A stretch of DNA of 64,000 nt, taken from contig CM120640.1 in the NCBI GenBank assembly GCA_051362555.1, positions 56,274,788 to 56,338,787 of the forward strand, in the 5' to 3' direction. Of this stretch, positions 1 through 12,838 are shown in pieces. The position numbers and the translations under genes are program-made. Each line of letters begins with the position of its first letter. Within the stretch, counting starts at the first letter, position 1. The DNA is from Lingula anatina (lineage: Eukaryota > Animalia > Brachiopoda). Below the pieces are notes generated by a model. That model was given only the letters and a program-made list of their open reading frames with translations, did not search any database and had not been told where the DNA came from.

Positions 1-548
1 GTCTTCAACTGTACGACCGATTTTGGGCTGGATGCATATGACAACGGCACGTGTTATAACGGTACTACACGGATTGGGATATGGAATGAAAGCCTGGCAA
101 AAAACAACAGCATCAAACGTACCACAGCTAGCGAAGAATATCTGAAGTAACCATCCTATACGTTAATGCATTTTGTCGAATATCACAATATATATTGGAA
201 AACTGAAAAGACCGAAAATAAGTCCAGCGACGATGCATTTTTACGACTAACGAAGTGATAATGTTTAAAGAAAACACATCTGTAGTCAGATAAGTAACAT
301 AAATTAGACATATACCCGTGTTATCAACTTCTGTACATCTACAGTTACCTACCATGAATTGACCAGAAAAGTTTTCCGGAGCAATAACTTATTATTTGTC
401 TTTAGCACGGTGGTGTTAGGATTGAACGATTCCCCTGGTATTCACGACCTAGGACCTATTCGCTGGCAGCTGGCTATGTGTTTGCTCCTAGCCTGGATCA
501 TTGTCTTCTTTTGTCTAATAAAAGGCATAAAATCTTCTGGCAAGGTAA

Positions 549-603
<55 letters not shown>

Positions 604-3600
604 AACAAAATTTCTCCAAAACTAATTTGTTGAAACTGTAACTTTATGGCTATAATACAATGTCTATGCTATATACCAATTTTTCTAGCGTAACAAATGT
701 TTTTTAATAGTTCTATACGCTTCCAGGTCGTCTATTTCACTGCTCTCTTCCCATATGCCGTACTTGTCATTCTGTTGATTCGTGGAGTTCTCCTGGAGGG
801 GCATTTAAAGGGAATCACGTTTTACATTCTTGATCCAGATATTAGCAGACTGAAGGATGTGGAGGTTAGCTTTAAATTATGTGTTTTGCTACTAAGATAT
901 CGTACTTTTGCTACTAATGAATAAATGAAAGGATTAAATGTCACGGGATTAAATGTCAGTTAAGTAATTTTAATTAAAAGATATTACGTCTTAGATTAAT
1001 TATTTTCAACTCTTAACGCTTTCTTTCCCCCCCCTCTCGCTACAAAGTATTTTTACCACTTTAGGTGTGGAAGGATGCTGCTGTGCAAATATTCTTCTCG
1101 CTGTCTGCGTGTTGGGGAGGGTTGATAACTCTCGCCAGCTACAATAAGTTCCACAACAACTGCCTTAGGTACGTATCTACAAAGATGGGGGGGGGGGGGG
1201 GGGGGGGGGGGATTGGGACGATATTACTCTTTGGACGTCCTCTCATCCGCTTTTTTACAATCTATTCATCTTTTTGATGATTCGGATTTCAAGATGACAT
1301 GTGTGCTGCAGTAAGTTTATTTTGATAATAAATCATATTGCATTTAAAAACAAAACATTCGTTAATTTTCAGAGATGCGATCATCGTTTCCTTAGGCAAC
1401 TGCTTAACCAGTTTCTTTGCTGGTTTTGTCATTTTCTCCTATATCGGTTTTTTGGCGGGGAAACTGAATGTATCCGTGGATGAAGTGGCCAGAAGTGGGC
1501 CCGGGTTGGCATTTGTTGTCTATCCAGAAGCCGTGGCCCTAATGCCAGTTGCACCACTTTGGGCAATACTCTTCTTTTTTATGCTTCTAACGCTGGGACT
1601 AGACAGTCAGGTAATTGTGGACTTACACAAAGAAAAAAGGTCTATTCTCGTAATTGAATAATTTTCTGTCCACAGTTGCAGTAAGTATGATGTTCTTTTT
1701 CGGTCTACTATTGCATTTCTTTTACATTATACAACGTACATCTCGCTCTCTCTCTCTCTCTCTCTCTTTATATATAAACCATGAATCATTTATATTTTTT
1801 ATCTATAGTTTACTTTGTTGGAAACCGTGGTGACGGCAGTTCTTGATACCTGGCCGAAAATTCGTCGCTGGAAACCTATTGTAGTGGGCGGGGTTTGTGT
1901 AATTGGCTACTTTCTAGGACTCACTATGTGCACAAACGTGAGTAGATATTGAAAGTAAGAAGACATTAAAACAAAATTATTGGATCTACGTATATTTGGA
2001 GTGGAAGGTTGAAAAGCAATTTTAATATTTTTTAAGTGTTGTAAGAAGCGAATGTTTTATATAGTGCGCCAGAGTGTGTATAGCAATGAAGCATATTATT
2101 TGTTCAATGATTTATAAGATTATCATTTCCTACATAAATATTTTAGGGCGGAATGTATATGTTGAACTTGCTGGACAATTACGCTGGGGGATGGAGTGTT
2201 CTTTTAATTGGGGTATTAGAACTCGTGGCCGTTAACTACGTATATGGTAAGTGTTTTTATAGTAATGCTAATATACATGTATGGTTACTAAATTATCCAG
2301 TCGAATCGATCACTTATACAAGAGAAGAGATTTGTGAAATTAAATTAAACAAATAACATTCAGTTGCTCGCAGAAAATGCTAATGAAACAACTTAAATAT
2401 AGAAATAAAAATGCACTACGTGTACTGTTCTAGATGTGTACTTTTGGTCATTTTTCATTCCAGGTGTGCGTCGTTTCATGCAGGACATCGGTGTCATGTT
2501 GGGCACTCGCTTCCCTTGTGCATGGCCTTGGTGGGCTATCAACTGGTGCATCTTTTCCCCGGGACTTATACTGGTACCTTACAGTATATCTAATGACTTA
2601 AGCCTAGTATTGATGATGATGATGATGATGATATATATATGTTTTAACTCGGATATTTGATTTAGATGTGTTATGCGTTTGGTTTTTATGCGTTTTATTT
2701 TTAAGTCCACTTTCTGATGATCTTCATTCTTTTTAATGCCAGGTAAATTCATTAACTGCTTTGCATTAACGCAAGGTTTGCATGGCCTATTTAACAGGTT
2801 TTATAGGTGCACAAAAAGATAAGGAAGGGAAAGATGCAGCAACTGCAGTAGTAGAATATCTATATATTTTCAGTTCGTGCTGCTGTTCTCTTGGGTGAAA
2901 GCTTCCCGATTGACACTCGGAGATGACTACTTGTACCCCGATTTCGCCATGGCTCTGGCCTACTGTACCTCTCTAGTCATTATCATTCCTATCGTTCTCC
3001 TGCCAATTATTTTCCTCGTATTCAAGTTCAAAGGATCAATGTCAGAGGTATGTGAAATGCATATGTACATGTATACTCCATCACTTATGAAACGCCTAGG
3101 AGACCAGATCAGTTAGTTGCAGTTTCATTGTTTACTGATAAGATTTAGATATAGATAAAAAGATTTTTGACGCCTGTCTTAATGTATATCTATTAAAGTT
3201 TACGATAATGGCTTTGTTGACTTTAATGATAAATATCTTTACAGTTTACAGGGTCAGATATGCGTTAATATGAAAGATATGCCAGTATATATGTAGTTTA
3301 TAAGGGTTTAATGGCTATTAAATTATGCCATCCCATATTTCAGCGTCTTCGCCAACTGGTCCGACCTACAGTGGACTGGGGCCCAGCTCTGGTTCAGCAC
3401 AGACAGCTGATTAGCTACGTCCCTGGGTTTGTTGTGGACCCTTCAGATGGCCAAGCGTCCAACGGAAATGCTTATCCTATGACAAAAAAGGTAATGTTAA
3501 AATCACACAGCCTAAAAACGGGCTTTTACCGTCAAAATACATTGTATTTTGCATTTGATTATCACGATACATACTCTTTGTTGATAAAAATGTACTTGAC

Positions 3601-3828
3601 AGTATAACAACATTACAAACTTCTCATCATGGTAAAATATGGCAAGGAAATGGGTTTGTCCACACAAAGTTTTAACAAAATTGAACTTGAGGGCGTTTCT
3701 ATTTGTAAATATATTTTTCTTTTTAATGATTTCCCCCCTTTTTATTCGTATTTTTCACATTTTCCCTTCAGAGATTGAATGAAGACAACGGAATTGACGG
3801 GCATTACAGCCCAGCAAATCAATTCTGA
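1..3828 (+). CDS. SLC6 Na+/Cl- dependent neurotransmitter/amino-acid transporter (glycine/proline transporter-like), 5' truncated by the window edge. Exons: <1-146, 406-544, 727-864, 1065-1168, 1373-1610, 1809-1937, 2147-2246, 2464-2573, 2874-3047, 3344-3490, 3772-3828
   Basis: Phase-consistent GT-AG exons encode SLC6 hallmarks: [80 protein letters not shown]. Stop TGA at 3826-3828. Confidence 0.95.
553..596. repeat. (CT)n microsatellite in an SLC6 intron
   Basis: Perfect dinucleotide run. Confidence 0.95.
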
Positions 3829-4096
3829 TGGCCTTTTATTCCGTGCTGATCAAAATCGCAGACATGCCTAAGACTGAAAAATACATTGTACAGAGACGAA
3901 AACAATTCGTAAAACATTCTACCTTAATTGATTTTGGGGTCGGGGAATTAATTCACTATCACAATAGCAGTAATTAAAGGAGGCATTATACGATCATTTC
4001 TCAATGAAGACGGTGTGACTATCAAGTCAGTTATTCAAAGAAGTCCTGTAGTAGACTAGTGCAGTGAGTGAAAACTCCACAGCTCCTGTCCTTGGA

Positions 4097-6348
4097 CTAC
4101 ACTGAAATTTTATAATAGGATATATAGTCTTGAAATTTATCCAATATTTCCTTCTCCGTCAACCCATAATCTGTGCAGCAGTGTTGGTGTCGCTGTAATT
4201 CCCTCGACTTTTTGCGCTCAGCTATATACTTTGCCATCTTATTGGCCACATCAGAGTTCAACTCCATTCCAAGATACGAATATATTTCTTTCACTTTCGT
4301 TATTGGGTCCCTGACAAGATCCACCTGATGCACGTCTATGACGCGAATCTGTCTGCCGGATTGGTCGCAGCTTTTCCTGTATTTGAGAAAGGTTGAGGTG
4401 TAATACGCTATATCCTCCAGCACACGTCGACCTATTTCAAATTTTGTTATCACACCAGGGTTGAAGTACATCGGCAGAAGGGAATCAACAACTGAGCACC
4501 ACGAGCTAACCTAAAATATATTTTTACTGATAGCATAAGTATATTGTTCATAGTTATTGGAAGTACACAAGTTTCATATTTTTATATCTTCTGAATAATC
4601 GCAACGAGTATTTTTATATATCTGTTATGTTTTACAAATAAAACTCATATGTCTATAATTTAGTTCAGCGTTTTTCTATAACCACATATCTTGTTTTGTC
4701 CTTCGGACATTTTGGATTATTCCTATTTACATCTATGATTAAGAAGTAAATGTGATATAGCCTCAAACAACGTCCATTTTAGAAGACAATTTCAGCATTA
4801 ATATCCATGAGTGTTGTCACTGATGAAGGTAGTATTTCGAAACTTATGCATTGAACTTGGAGAAGCAATTGATGCTTTTTTATTACTACCGTTGAAACTT
4901 ACTCTCTAAATGAAAAACACCGTTTCAGCGGTAGTATTCAATAAATTACGATGTGAAAAGCAACGACATTATTTTCATTGACATGTCACGTGCAAACCAT
5001 CTCTATCCAAGTGTTCACATGACAACTTACAATGTCCACGGGGTTCCGCACGGGGTTGATGAAGCTGGCGTCAGGAAACACTTCCAACAGAGACTCTGAG
5101 AATAGGCTGTGGAGGTGATCCTTCATGAGCAATCTCCGGTGGCCAACATCTACAAACAGGACAAAGACCGGGATTTTCTTTTCAATTGTAACAAGAGCAC
5201 CAAATTCTGTTACATATGATATTCAAAATAGAGGCCATTGTAAGTATATATGTTTAAGGCTTGAGTAATCAGTAAGAGGAGAAACGGGAGAAAGGGTTAA
5301 AACAACACAAGTTACTTAGCTGAATGGACAGTAAATATAGTTTATTCCTAATAATAATATCTTCAGTAAGTTAGTTTTGTAAGCATTTATAAATTATCAC
5401 ACCTTCATCCTTGGACGTCATCATTTGTAGAGCTTTCTTGTAATCTTGGTAAAACTCAACCATGTATTCACGTTTCAGTGACTTTTTCCACCATTTTTCG
5501 TACATTGTAATATTGAAGCAGAAAAGTTGTGCAACTTTATCGATTAAACCAACAGATCCAAAAAGATGGTAACACTCATGGGGGAGTGTTGCTCCAATTT
5601 CATGTTTTGATGGAAAATCTGGATCTATGACCTGAAACAAACCTGAAAACGACAAACGCTTCACAAGGGCACAATAAGAACAGGTTGTAAAACTTTTAAT
5701 TTGACCCCCTAATTATATAATCCTAATTACAAATATCACATCCCCTGTGCCAGACGGCTAACTAACCTAAAACATTTCTTTAATATTAAAGTTCATGGGA
5801 GTGGCATAGAGCAACTGCAACTTATTTCCTTTGCATTAATTTGGGAAGGGGAAGCGACTTTTAATATGAAATTTTTCCTTTAAAAAATGGCGAAGGTTAT
5901 TTAAACACACGTACTGTGAATTACTGTAAAAGAAGATAAAAAGATAGAGTGTACTGAGAGTAACTGGCTCTTCTAATGAAATGTTTGATTAAATCTTATG
6001 GTAATATACCTGGCACTCTCTCAGCAGCAGCAATTCGAGGGTCATCCTTAGTTCCTGCCCCAGTCTCCGGAGGCACAGGGTTCAGAAGTTCATACAGCAG
6101 AGGCGGACGAAACGCTGGGTCCTGAGCAAGAAGTCCGTGTAAAAAGGTCGTCCCAGATCGCATTACACCCAGCACAAATACTGGTTTGCGTAACGGTACC
6201 TGTGTAAGTGATAAAACCCCCTTTACACAGGACGGCGTCCTTTGTGCGTCCATGGAACTGTTATCGCTGTAGTCTAAAAGGATGCACAAGCATCGTTTTG
6301 TTTGCAGAATGAATGCTCAAAGATCGGCCAGTTGTCGGCACGTTAAGT

Positions 6349-6384
<36 letters not shown>

Positions 6385-7285
6385 TTTTTACTCTCAAACG
6401 GGGCCGTACTACGGGGCGCAGAAAGGACGCCGTCCAGTGTTAAGGGGGGCTTAAGCCCAGACTCATACCATTGCCTGAACCAAGGAGTTATAACTCCTTG
6501 CCTGAACTACCTTCTGCCAGGTGTCTCCTCTAGGTGTTAGAAAATACTCAGTATATCGAAATTTATAACCGCTGGCAGAAAGTAGGCCTAAACAATATTT
6601 GACAAGGAACGTTGTGTAATACATACATGTACAGGCTAGTTTACAGTCAAGTAGAAAGCTAGAACTTGGACATAATAACGTTATTATGTCTAAGGCTAGA
6701 AGCTCTTATATTATTGTCACGCCCCCAGTATTAGTTTCTTTTTAAATAATATTTCGTATTTTTGTAATATTTCGGCAACTAATCCATAAATTGTGTACAG
6801 CCCGAAGATTGGAAGCCTGGCAGTGACTGTGATCTTGGACCTAAATATTTAGGTCCAAGCTGTGATCGAAATAATTATGACTGGGTGAGCCCAAACATTT
6901 CACAGCTTTCACCATTTATATATATAGCTCCAAAATCTACGAACCGAAAAGAAAATCTGCTACCAACCTTTGTAATGCTGTCATCGCGTAAAAGATGCTC
7001 CTGAATCTTGGTTTTCACCTGGAGTTTACCTTTCAATCCAGCCCCAACAAGTCGTCTTCCAAATGTGCTCAATGTTTTGTCAGTTCTGTAGCATCTTACT
7101 AACAAGGTAAAGGGTTCAATCCATTTGGTTTCTTTCTCGTCTAATAAACCTAAGAATTCCCCATCATCAAGAATATCATCCTGATTTATTTGGCAAAGTT
7201 TGATCCCGAATATTTTAAAGCATAAGTCACCCAAAAAATTAATAACCCAAATGCTCAGTCGGATCACGCCTACTTGGAAAGACAT
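4097..7285 (-). CDS. PAPS-dependent sulfotransferase, Sulfotransfer_3 type, ~426 aa. Exons (minus strand): 7285-6968, 6199-6010, 5642-5403, 5149-5031, 4510-4097
   Basis: Exons total 1281 nt with consistent phases. 5'-PSB loop PVFVLGVMRSGTTFLHGLLAQDP; 3'-PB region LLEVFPDASFINPVRNPVDIVSSW; C-terminal DLVRDPITKVKEIYSYLG. Confidence 0.9.
6216..6450. mobile_element. MITE-like element with imperfect ~35-bp terminal inverted repeats, in sulfotransferase intron 1
   Basis: CCCCCTTTACACAGGACGGCGTCCTTTGTGCGTCC (6217) is nearly the reverse complement of GGGCGCAGAAAGGACGCCGTCCAGTGTTAAGGGGGGC (ends 6450). A related end sequence recurs near 9793-9822. Confidence 0.7.
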
Positions 7286-10200
7286 CTTGCTCGCCAGTAC
7301 TTTGGACTCACATTGGTCAGTGATAAGACCACTTATTCGGGTATACAGGGTTACACCCCGGATAATGCACGCTGGCTCCGCAAGGTGGGGGTCGAGCAGG
7401 CGTCTGCCTAAATTGCGCAATTTACGTCGCAATAAAACTGTCGTTCCAAACAAAATAGGCTGATATGAGAGCGAAATATATTACTTAATAATTAATAGCC
7501 TTGATAAAACTTAACAAATTTGCACATTTTGTTTATCGTCGGGTCAGCCGCCATGTTGGTTAGTGGCAGCACAGCTCTAACGGCCCATTCGGTTAACAGC
7601 GAAGGTGACGATTACTTCTCAACATTTTTTCAAAACTGTGATTATTTCTCATTCTACGTGTTCACATATTTGATAATTGCGACAATGCTATTTACCTGTT
7701 TTCTACTGGCGTTTTTTTGATTTTATCATTTTGGTTGGTAAGTGCCAGACCTTTTGTTCCCTGGTACTAGTGGCAAACCTACCAGATCTGACACTAACAG
7801 CGCTATAAACCCAGTTATCAATGCTGTCATCTTTAGGTCCTACCTGTATCTCTATTATACCAGTGGTACGTTTGACATATTTCAGTAAGGAAATAAGCTG
7901 TGATGCTTATATTTACTTGCCAAACTTTAATTAGCATCAACCTATTAATGAAAACTTCGAAACTTTAAATATCATTATACATGTACAGTGACAATATAAT
8001 GATGGGAGCTGTTCAACCAAACCCAATATAGAGGTATAACTAAGGTCACAGGCATGCACTTAGACTGGGTTCCCATACTTAGATCGATCCATCTGGGTCG
8101 ACCGAACTCCCTGGGTGTTCACGCAAAATTTCTATCAGCTCAAGAATCAGCTAGGGGTAAAGATAATGACCCCCTAACAGTTTTACTAGGCGTCACAGAC
8201 GTTTAAGCCGGTTAGTTTGATAGCAATTTAGTGAGACTCACCAGGGAGATAGATCGATAGGAATGGTCTCTTAAAAATATTTAAGGCACATATTGCAAAC
8301 TATGTTTGATTATTTTAGGATACCACATGAAGAAGTTTGTATCAAAGTTTCTTTCTCCTGGAACCACTTTGGAAATTCAGTTATTACTGGTTTTGTTCTT
8401 TGATTTATCTTCTACAAGTATAACGTTGTAAAAAAATTATAATAATCTTTTGTATAGAGCAGTTAGTTAATTTTGAGCGACTTTAGTTTGCTTGTCACTG
8501 AATATTAGAATACCGGGAAAATATACCCTAACGACAGTAAAATAGGCATTAAATAAGTTATTTTTCCGCACGTGATCCAAATATTATATCAGAAATGTCA
8601 AACTATCATGGAATCACAATATATTTTTCGGCCAGCAACAGAAAACACTGTTTACTATTGCACCTAGTAGGGGCCTACTTGATCGAACAAAATAAAACTT
8701 TTTTATAATTTTTATGGGGAACAAACGTTACCTAGTATTGGCCATGACGCAAAGCCCCTTGAGTTACAGTTTAAATATTTATAAAAACATCCTTACGTCA
8801 TGTATAATTTACCATGATTGAATCACAACAAAATATATCGGAACGTGGTATGAAAATTTACGTTTCCGGATCGTGCGTTACCATTTAGGGTTCTTTGCGT
8901 AATGTAAAGACATGGTAAAAATTGAAAATTGAATTTAAATTGAGACAATCGTGGATTTTTGTTCTCTACACAGATATGTTTTAAAAAATTGAATACAACT
9001 TTGATTTCATTCAATTTTGTTTTTGGACACTTCAGCATGTGAAATGCACCACTACATTGGATTTGGTTGTGTTATGATTAAATGCTTGTTTAGAAGAAAT
9101 AATAAAAGCAGATTATATGCGAAATATAAAATGAGTTTATTTTATTTGGGTTACTCTTGATATTTTTTTCAAACCAGTTAATTATCAAATATGAGGCTTA
9201 TTTTCAGACCCATCCACAAATATTACTGCAATTTTACCCTGCTGATACACAGATCTACAGTTCTAAAAATACCTTTCAGACACCAACTGAAAAGATGTTT
9301 ATAATTATATGTATCAAGTAGCGAAAACATCACAAAACGTGTTGTTCAGAAGATATTTCTACAGGCATCTTTCATTCATCAGCCAGGAAATTTTTTTATG
9401 TAGGCCTACTCAATAAATGTAGACATTTGAACAAAGGAAAATCTACATACGGGCATGACAGTGTTTTGCATTATATTGTCACCAACCTTAAACTGAATGG
9501 GCATAGAAATAACAAAGCATATATATCCATCCCATTAAAACAAACAAACAAACAGTTATTGTCAATCTTAATACTGAATAATAATGACACCTTGCAGCCT
9601 TAACTGCCCCACTACCAGTAGGCCTACTATTTGCAGACAATGTTCTAGTCACTGTGTTCTTTTGATGAGGCATTGACGCAAGGATAGCTCCTTTGACTAC
9701 ATTTTAGGGATGTCTCTATTGTAATAAATATTCCCCACTTAACCCTACGTATTGCGATCCACGCCACGAAGGCTTATCCCTGTTGTCAACATTTACACTG
9801 GGTAGCGTCCTTTCTGCGTCCCTTCGGCCATCAAAAATATGGTCAGGACGCTCAATGATATTTCAATCCAAAGTCTTAGTGTAATGGCGTGTGCGTCCGT
9901 TGTGCGTCCTTTGAACGACCGAATCTTGAGTTTACCTGTAAAACTTCGAGAGACTAATTTATTTACCCCTTTTCAACTCCCCCCCCCCCTGGCTATGGGC
10001 CTGTTTTAGATATTATAATCATATTTATTAACCGATTACAGTGACGTCATATTTGCTCCGTAACACTCGTCCAGCGGCCATTCTGGAGGGAAAGAACGAC
10101 GGGGAATAGTAGCGTAAATATAGGTGAACCAAATAAAATGAAATAATCTTCATATCGTGATCAAGTACACCAAAAGGAAAATAGTATATACATGTGAAAA

Positions 10201-12577
10201 CTTCAGCTGATCAGCGTGATCGACCCATATAAACTCAAGACAGTCCAAAGACGTGAAATCCTGACCTACCCCTGTATCCCAACATCGTGGAATGTTGTCA
10301 GAAGCTAGTTCAGTTATCTTGTACTTCATTTTTCTTGTTCATTGGGTAATAAAAGTTATAGCTTTAGAGAGTTTACTGTGTAATCATAAGTTCAACCTTT
10401 CATAGAAGCAACTTTGTACATAAAGGATAGATAAAAGGAGAAATTTGAGCTGACTATCGGGATCAACCCTTACGGACTCAAAGAAGAGAGTATGCAGGGT
10501 TGTGACAAGAAATATTGCTGTCAGATATGATTTAACTGTACATCATGAAGCTGTCAGAAATTATTTCAGCATTCTTGTGCTTCATTTTGGTTCATTAGGA
10601 AGTATTTGTAACATGACTGTTGTTTGAGAGTTTAATATTTTACCATGAATTCAACCATTCACAGTAGCAACATTGTTAGCATTTTATTATTAGTCCAGAC
10701 CTTCACAGAAGCAATGTATTTTTCAAACTTATGACATTCAATGTAACATAACAACAAGTCAGTTCATGAATTGATCTTTATTTGATTGAAAATATAGGAA
10801 AATGCACATTTTGTATGGATAAAAGTAAACATGAAATGCAAAACATTGTTGCACAATTCAATGACAGATTATCAGGGTCCCTTTCCTTTTGGTTGATAAC
10901 ACTGACATGAAAAATATTTCCATACTTTTAATGATGCAATGCAACATGTACATGAGCATATTAAGTCGAATCAAGCCACCATAATTTGAGAAACCTGTTT
11001 AGTATATTTTTAATCTATGTCTAGAGAAATGCTTGATTGAAGACTCACAATTGATATGTGCTGTGTGGGTATGTACATATTAGGCCTTAGATGGTGTTAC
11101 TAAGCAGTTTGTAATTTTATTTAGGAGAATTCCACAACTGGTGGTCACAATTTAAAAATGCACAACAGTGACAACCTACATGTACAACAGCCATCTGTTT
11201 CTGCATATCAGACCATCTGTGGGAGGTGCACCATACAAAATTTTATATTTCTTGCAAACTTTTCCATTTAGCCTTTAAACATATGAGAAAGAAAAAAGTG
11301 TTTTCATTTCTTCTTGTGCTTCTGCTCACAATTCTAAATAAATAGAAAACCTGTCCTTGTTGTATGCAAGCTATCAGGATAACAACTTTAAAACAACAAG
11401 TGAACAATGAAATAAATAAACAAATCCAATTAAATAACTCCTGTCATGCACTGAATTTCACTCTCCTGATGTTCAGATCCTGTCTCCTCAGCTGGTCACA
11501 AAGATATAAGAATATTTTTTCGCTGCTTCTACCTTGTGTGCCATCTAGCTGCCTTTTGTACCTGTCACCTTTTTTTTTTTTTTTTTTTTTTTTTTTGATA
11601 ACCAAGATTTATTTGCACCCAATCATTCAGTGTGGCTTGGTGGGAAAATGTCAGATCAATTTCCTAAATGTAAATTAACAAAAAAAGGTAACAATAGTTA
11701 TTTTTATTCATATTGTAACTTGCATCATAATACAGTAGGAAAACACAGAATTCAACATTTTTCAAATTCATTTCAATGGTACCTAATGGTACCTGAGCTA
11801 GAATATATACTTACAAAACAGATTTACTCTTAACACTACACTAAATCTAAAATCAAGCCACTAACTTCCAAATACACATGACACAGGTAATTGATTTAAT
11901 TGGCCCAGCTGAGCTGTGTACATTGTACTGTAGCCTTGACACTAATTGACAATAATGCTAACCAGGTATTAAAGAGGTAGATGACAGCAGATAACATCCA
12001 ATGAGCACCATAACTGATAACAAATTCCACCCAAGGCAATAAGTGAGTCTTCATAATGAAAGTCGAAACCCTGCCTGGGTATTTCCACACGTTTTTACAA
12101 CACACTCTCCACCAAGACTTTTTGGGCACTACTAATATGCAGTGTACGTGCGCTCATATCTTATACACCTCGGTCATTGGTTTTCTACTTTTTTTTCTTT
12201 TATGGTAAAGGCTGCACAGCTGGGTCTTCATTCTTTGCTGTAAAATAAATTAGTTTTATCCTTTACTTGTTCGATGAGTCTTGATTCAAAGCCACTCCTC
12301 AGTCTCTCCTCCGTTTACGGTTTTCGTCCCTACACCTTGGATTGTTACCACTGCAGGCAGTCTGTGAACGCTTGTTAAGTTATTTATCTTCTCTCTATCA
12401 TATACCCTGCAGTAATTCATCATTTTACTCGGTTTAATATCAAAGAAAACACAGAAATTAAATGCTAAATTGTACATGTAGACATGATCATGCGCAGCAG
12501 ACGATTCCGGTCTCCCTCCAGTATGGCTGCCGTTTGTTTTGATGACGAGGGCTACAATGGGTTAATTGGAATTTATT

Positions 12578-12721
12578 CGGGGGTTCGAAAGAACCCCCCT
12601 TTTTGCAGGGAAAAGGTTCCCTCTGGGTGAAATTTAATTAAGGTACATGGAAGTTTCATGGTAAAAGGTCCACTTTTTCAGAAAAAGAACCCCCCTTTTG
12701 AAATTTCTGGCTATGGGCCTG
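12578..12721. repeat. Dispersed repeat fragment; inverted copy at ~23126-23270
   Basis: AAAAGGTCCACTTTTTCAGAAAAAGAACCCC...CTGGCTATGGGCCTG matches the reverse complement of CAGGCCCATAGCCAG...GGGGTTCTTTTCTGAAAAAAGTGGACCTTTT. The same terminus occurs near 9989-10003. Confidence 0.75.
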
Positions 12722-12778
12722 TAAAATAACATAGGCCTATATAGATATAGACAATGTATTGAGAAAGTACGTCTTGGG

Positions 12779-12809
12779 CGGAAGTGATCTCATCGCTGCA
12801 GTCACGTGG
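12779..12809 (+). promoter_or_regulatory. Candidate TMEM59 proximal promoter motifs: ETS (CGGAAGT) and E-box/CLEAR-like (GTCACGTGG)
   Basis: Motifs lie 30-60 nt upstream of the ATG at 12839. Motif match only. Confidence 0.4.
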
Positions 12810-12838
12810 TTTCGTTCAGTTCATAACAAGACGAGAAA

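Noticed and set aside
10295-10680. Degenerate ~250-bp tandem duplication
   Set aside because: The similarity is real but highly decayed, with no coding or structural signal.
11400-12560. TCEANC2 orthologue, expected from vertebrate head-to-head synteny with TMEM59
   Set aside because: No TCEANC2-like peptide could be read in the minus-strand frames I checked.
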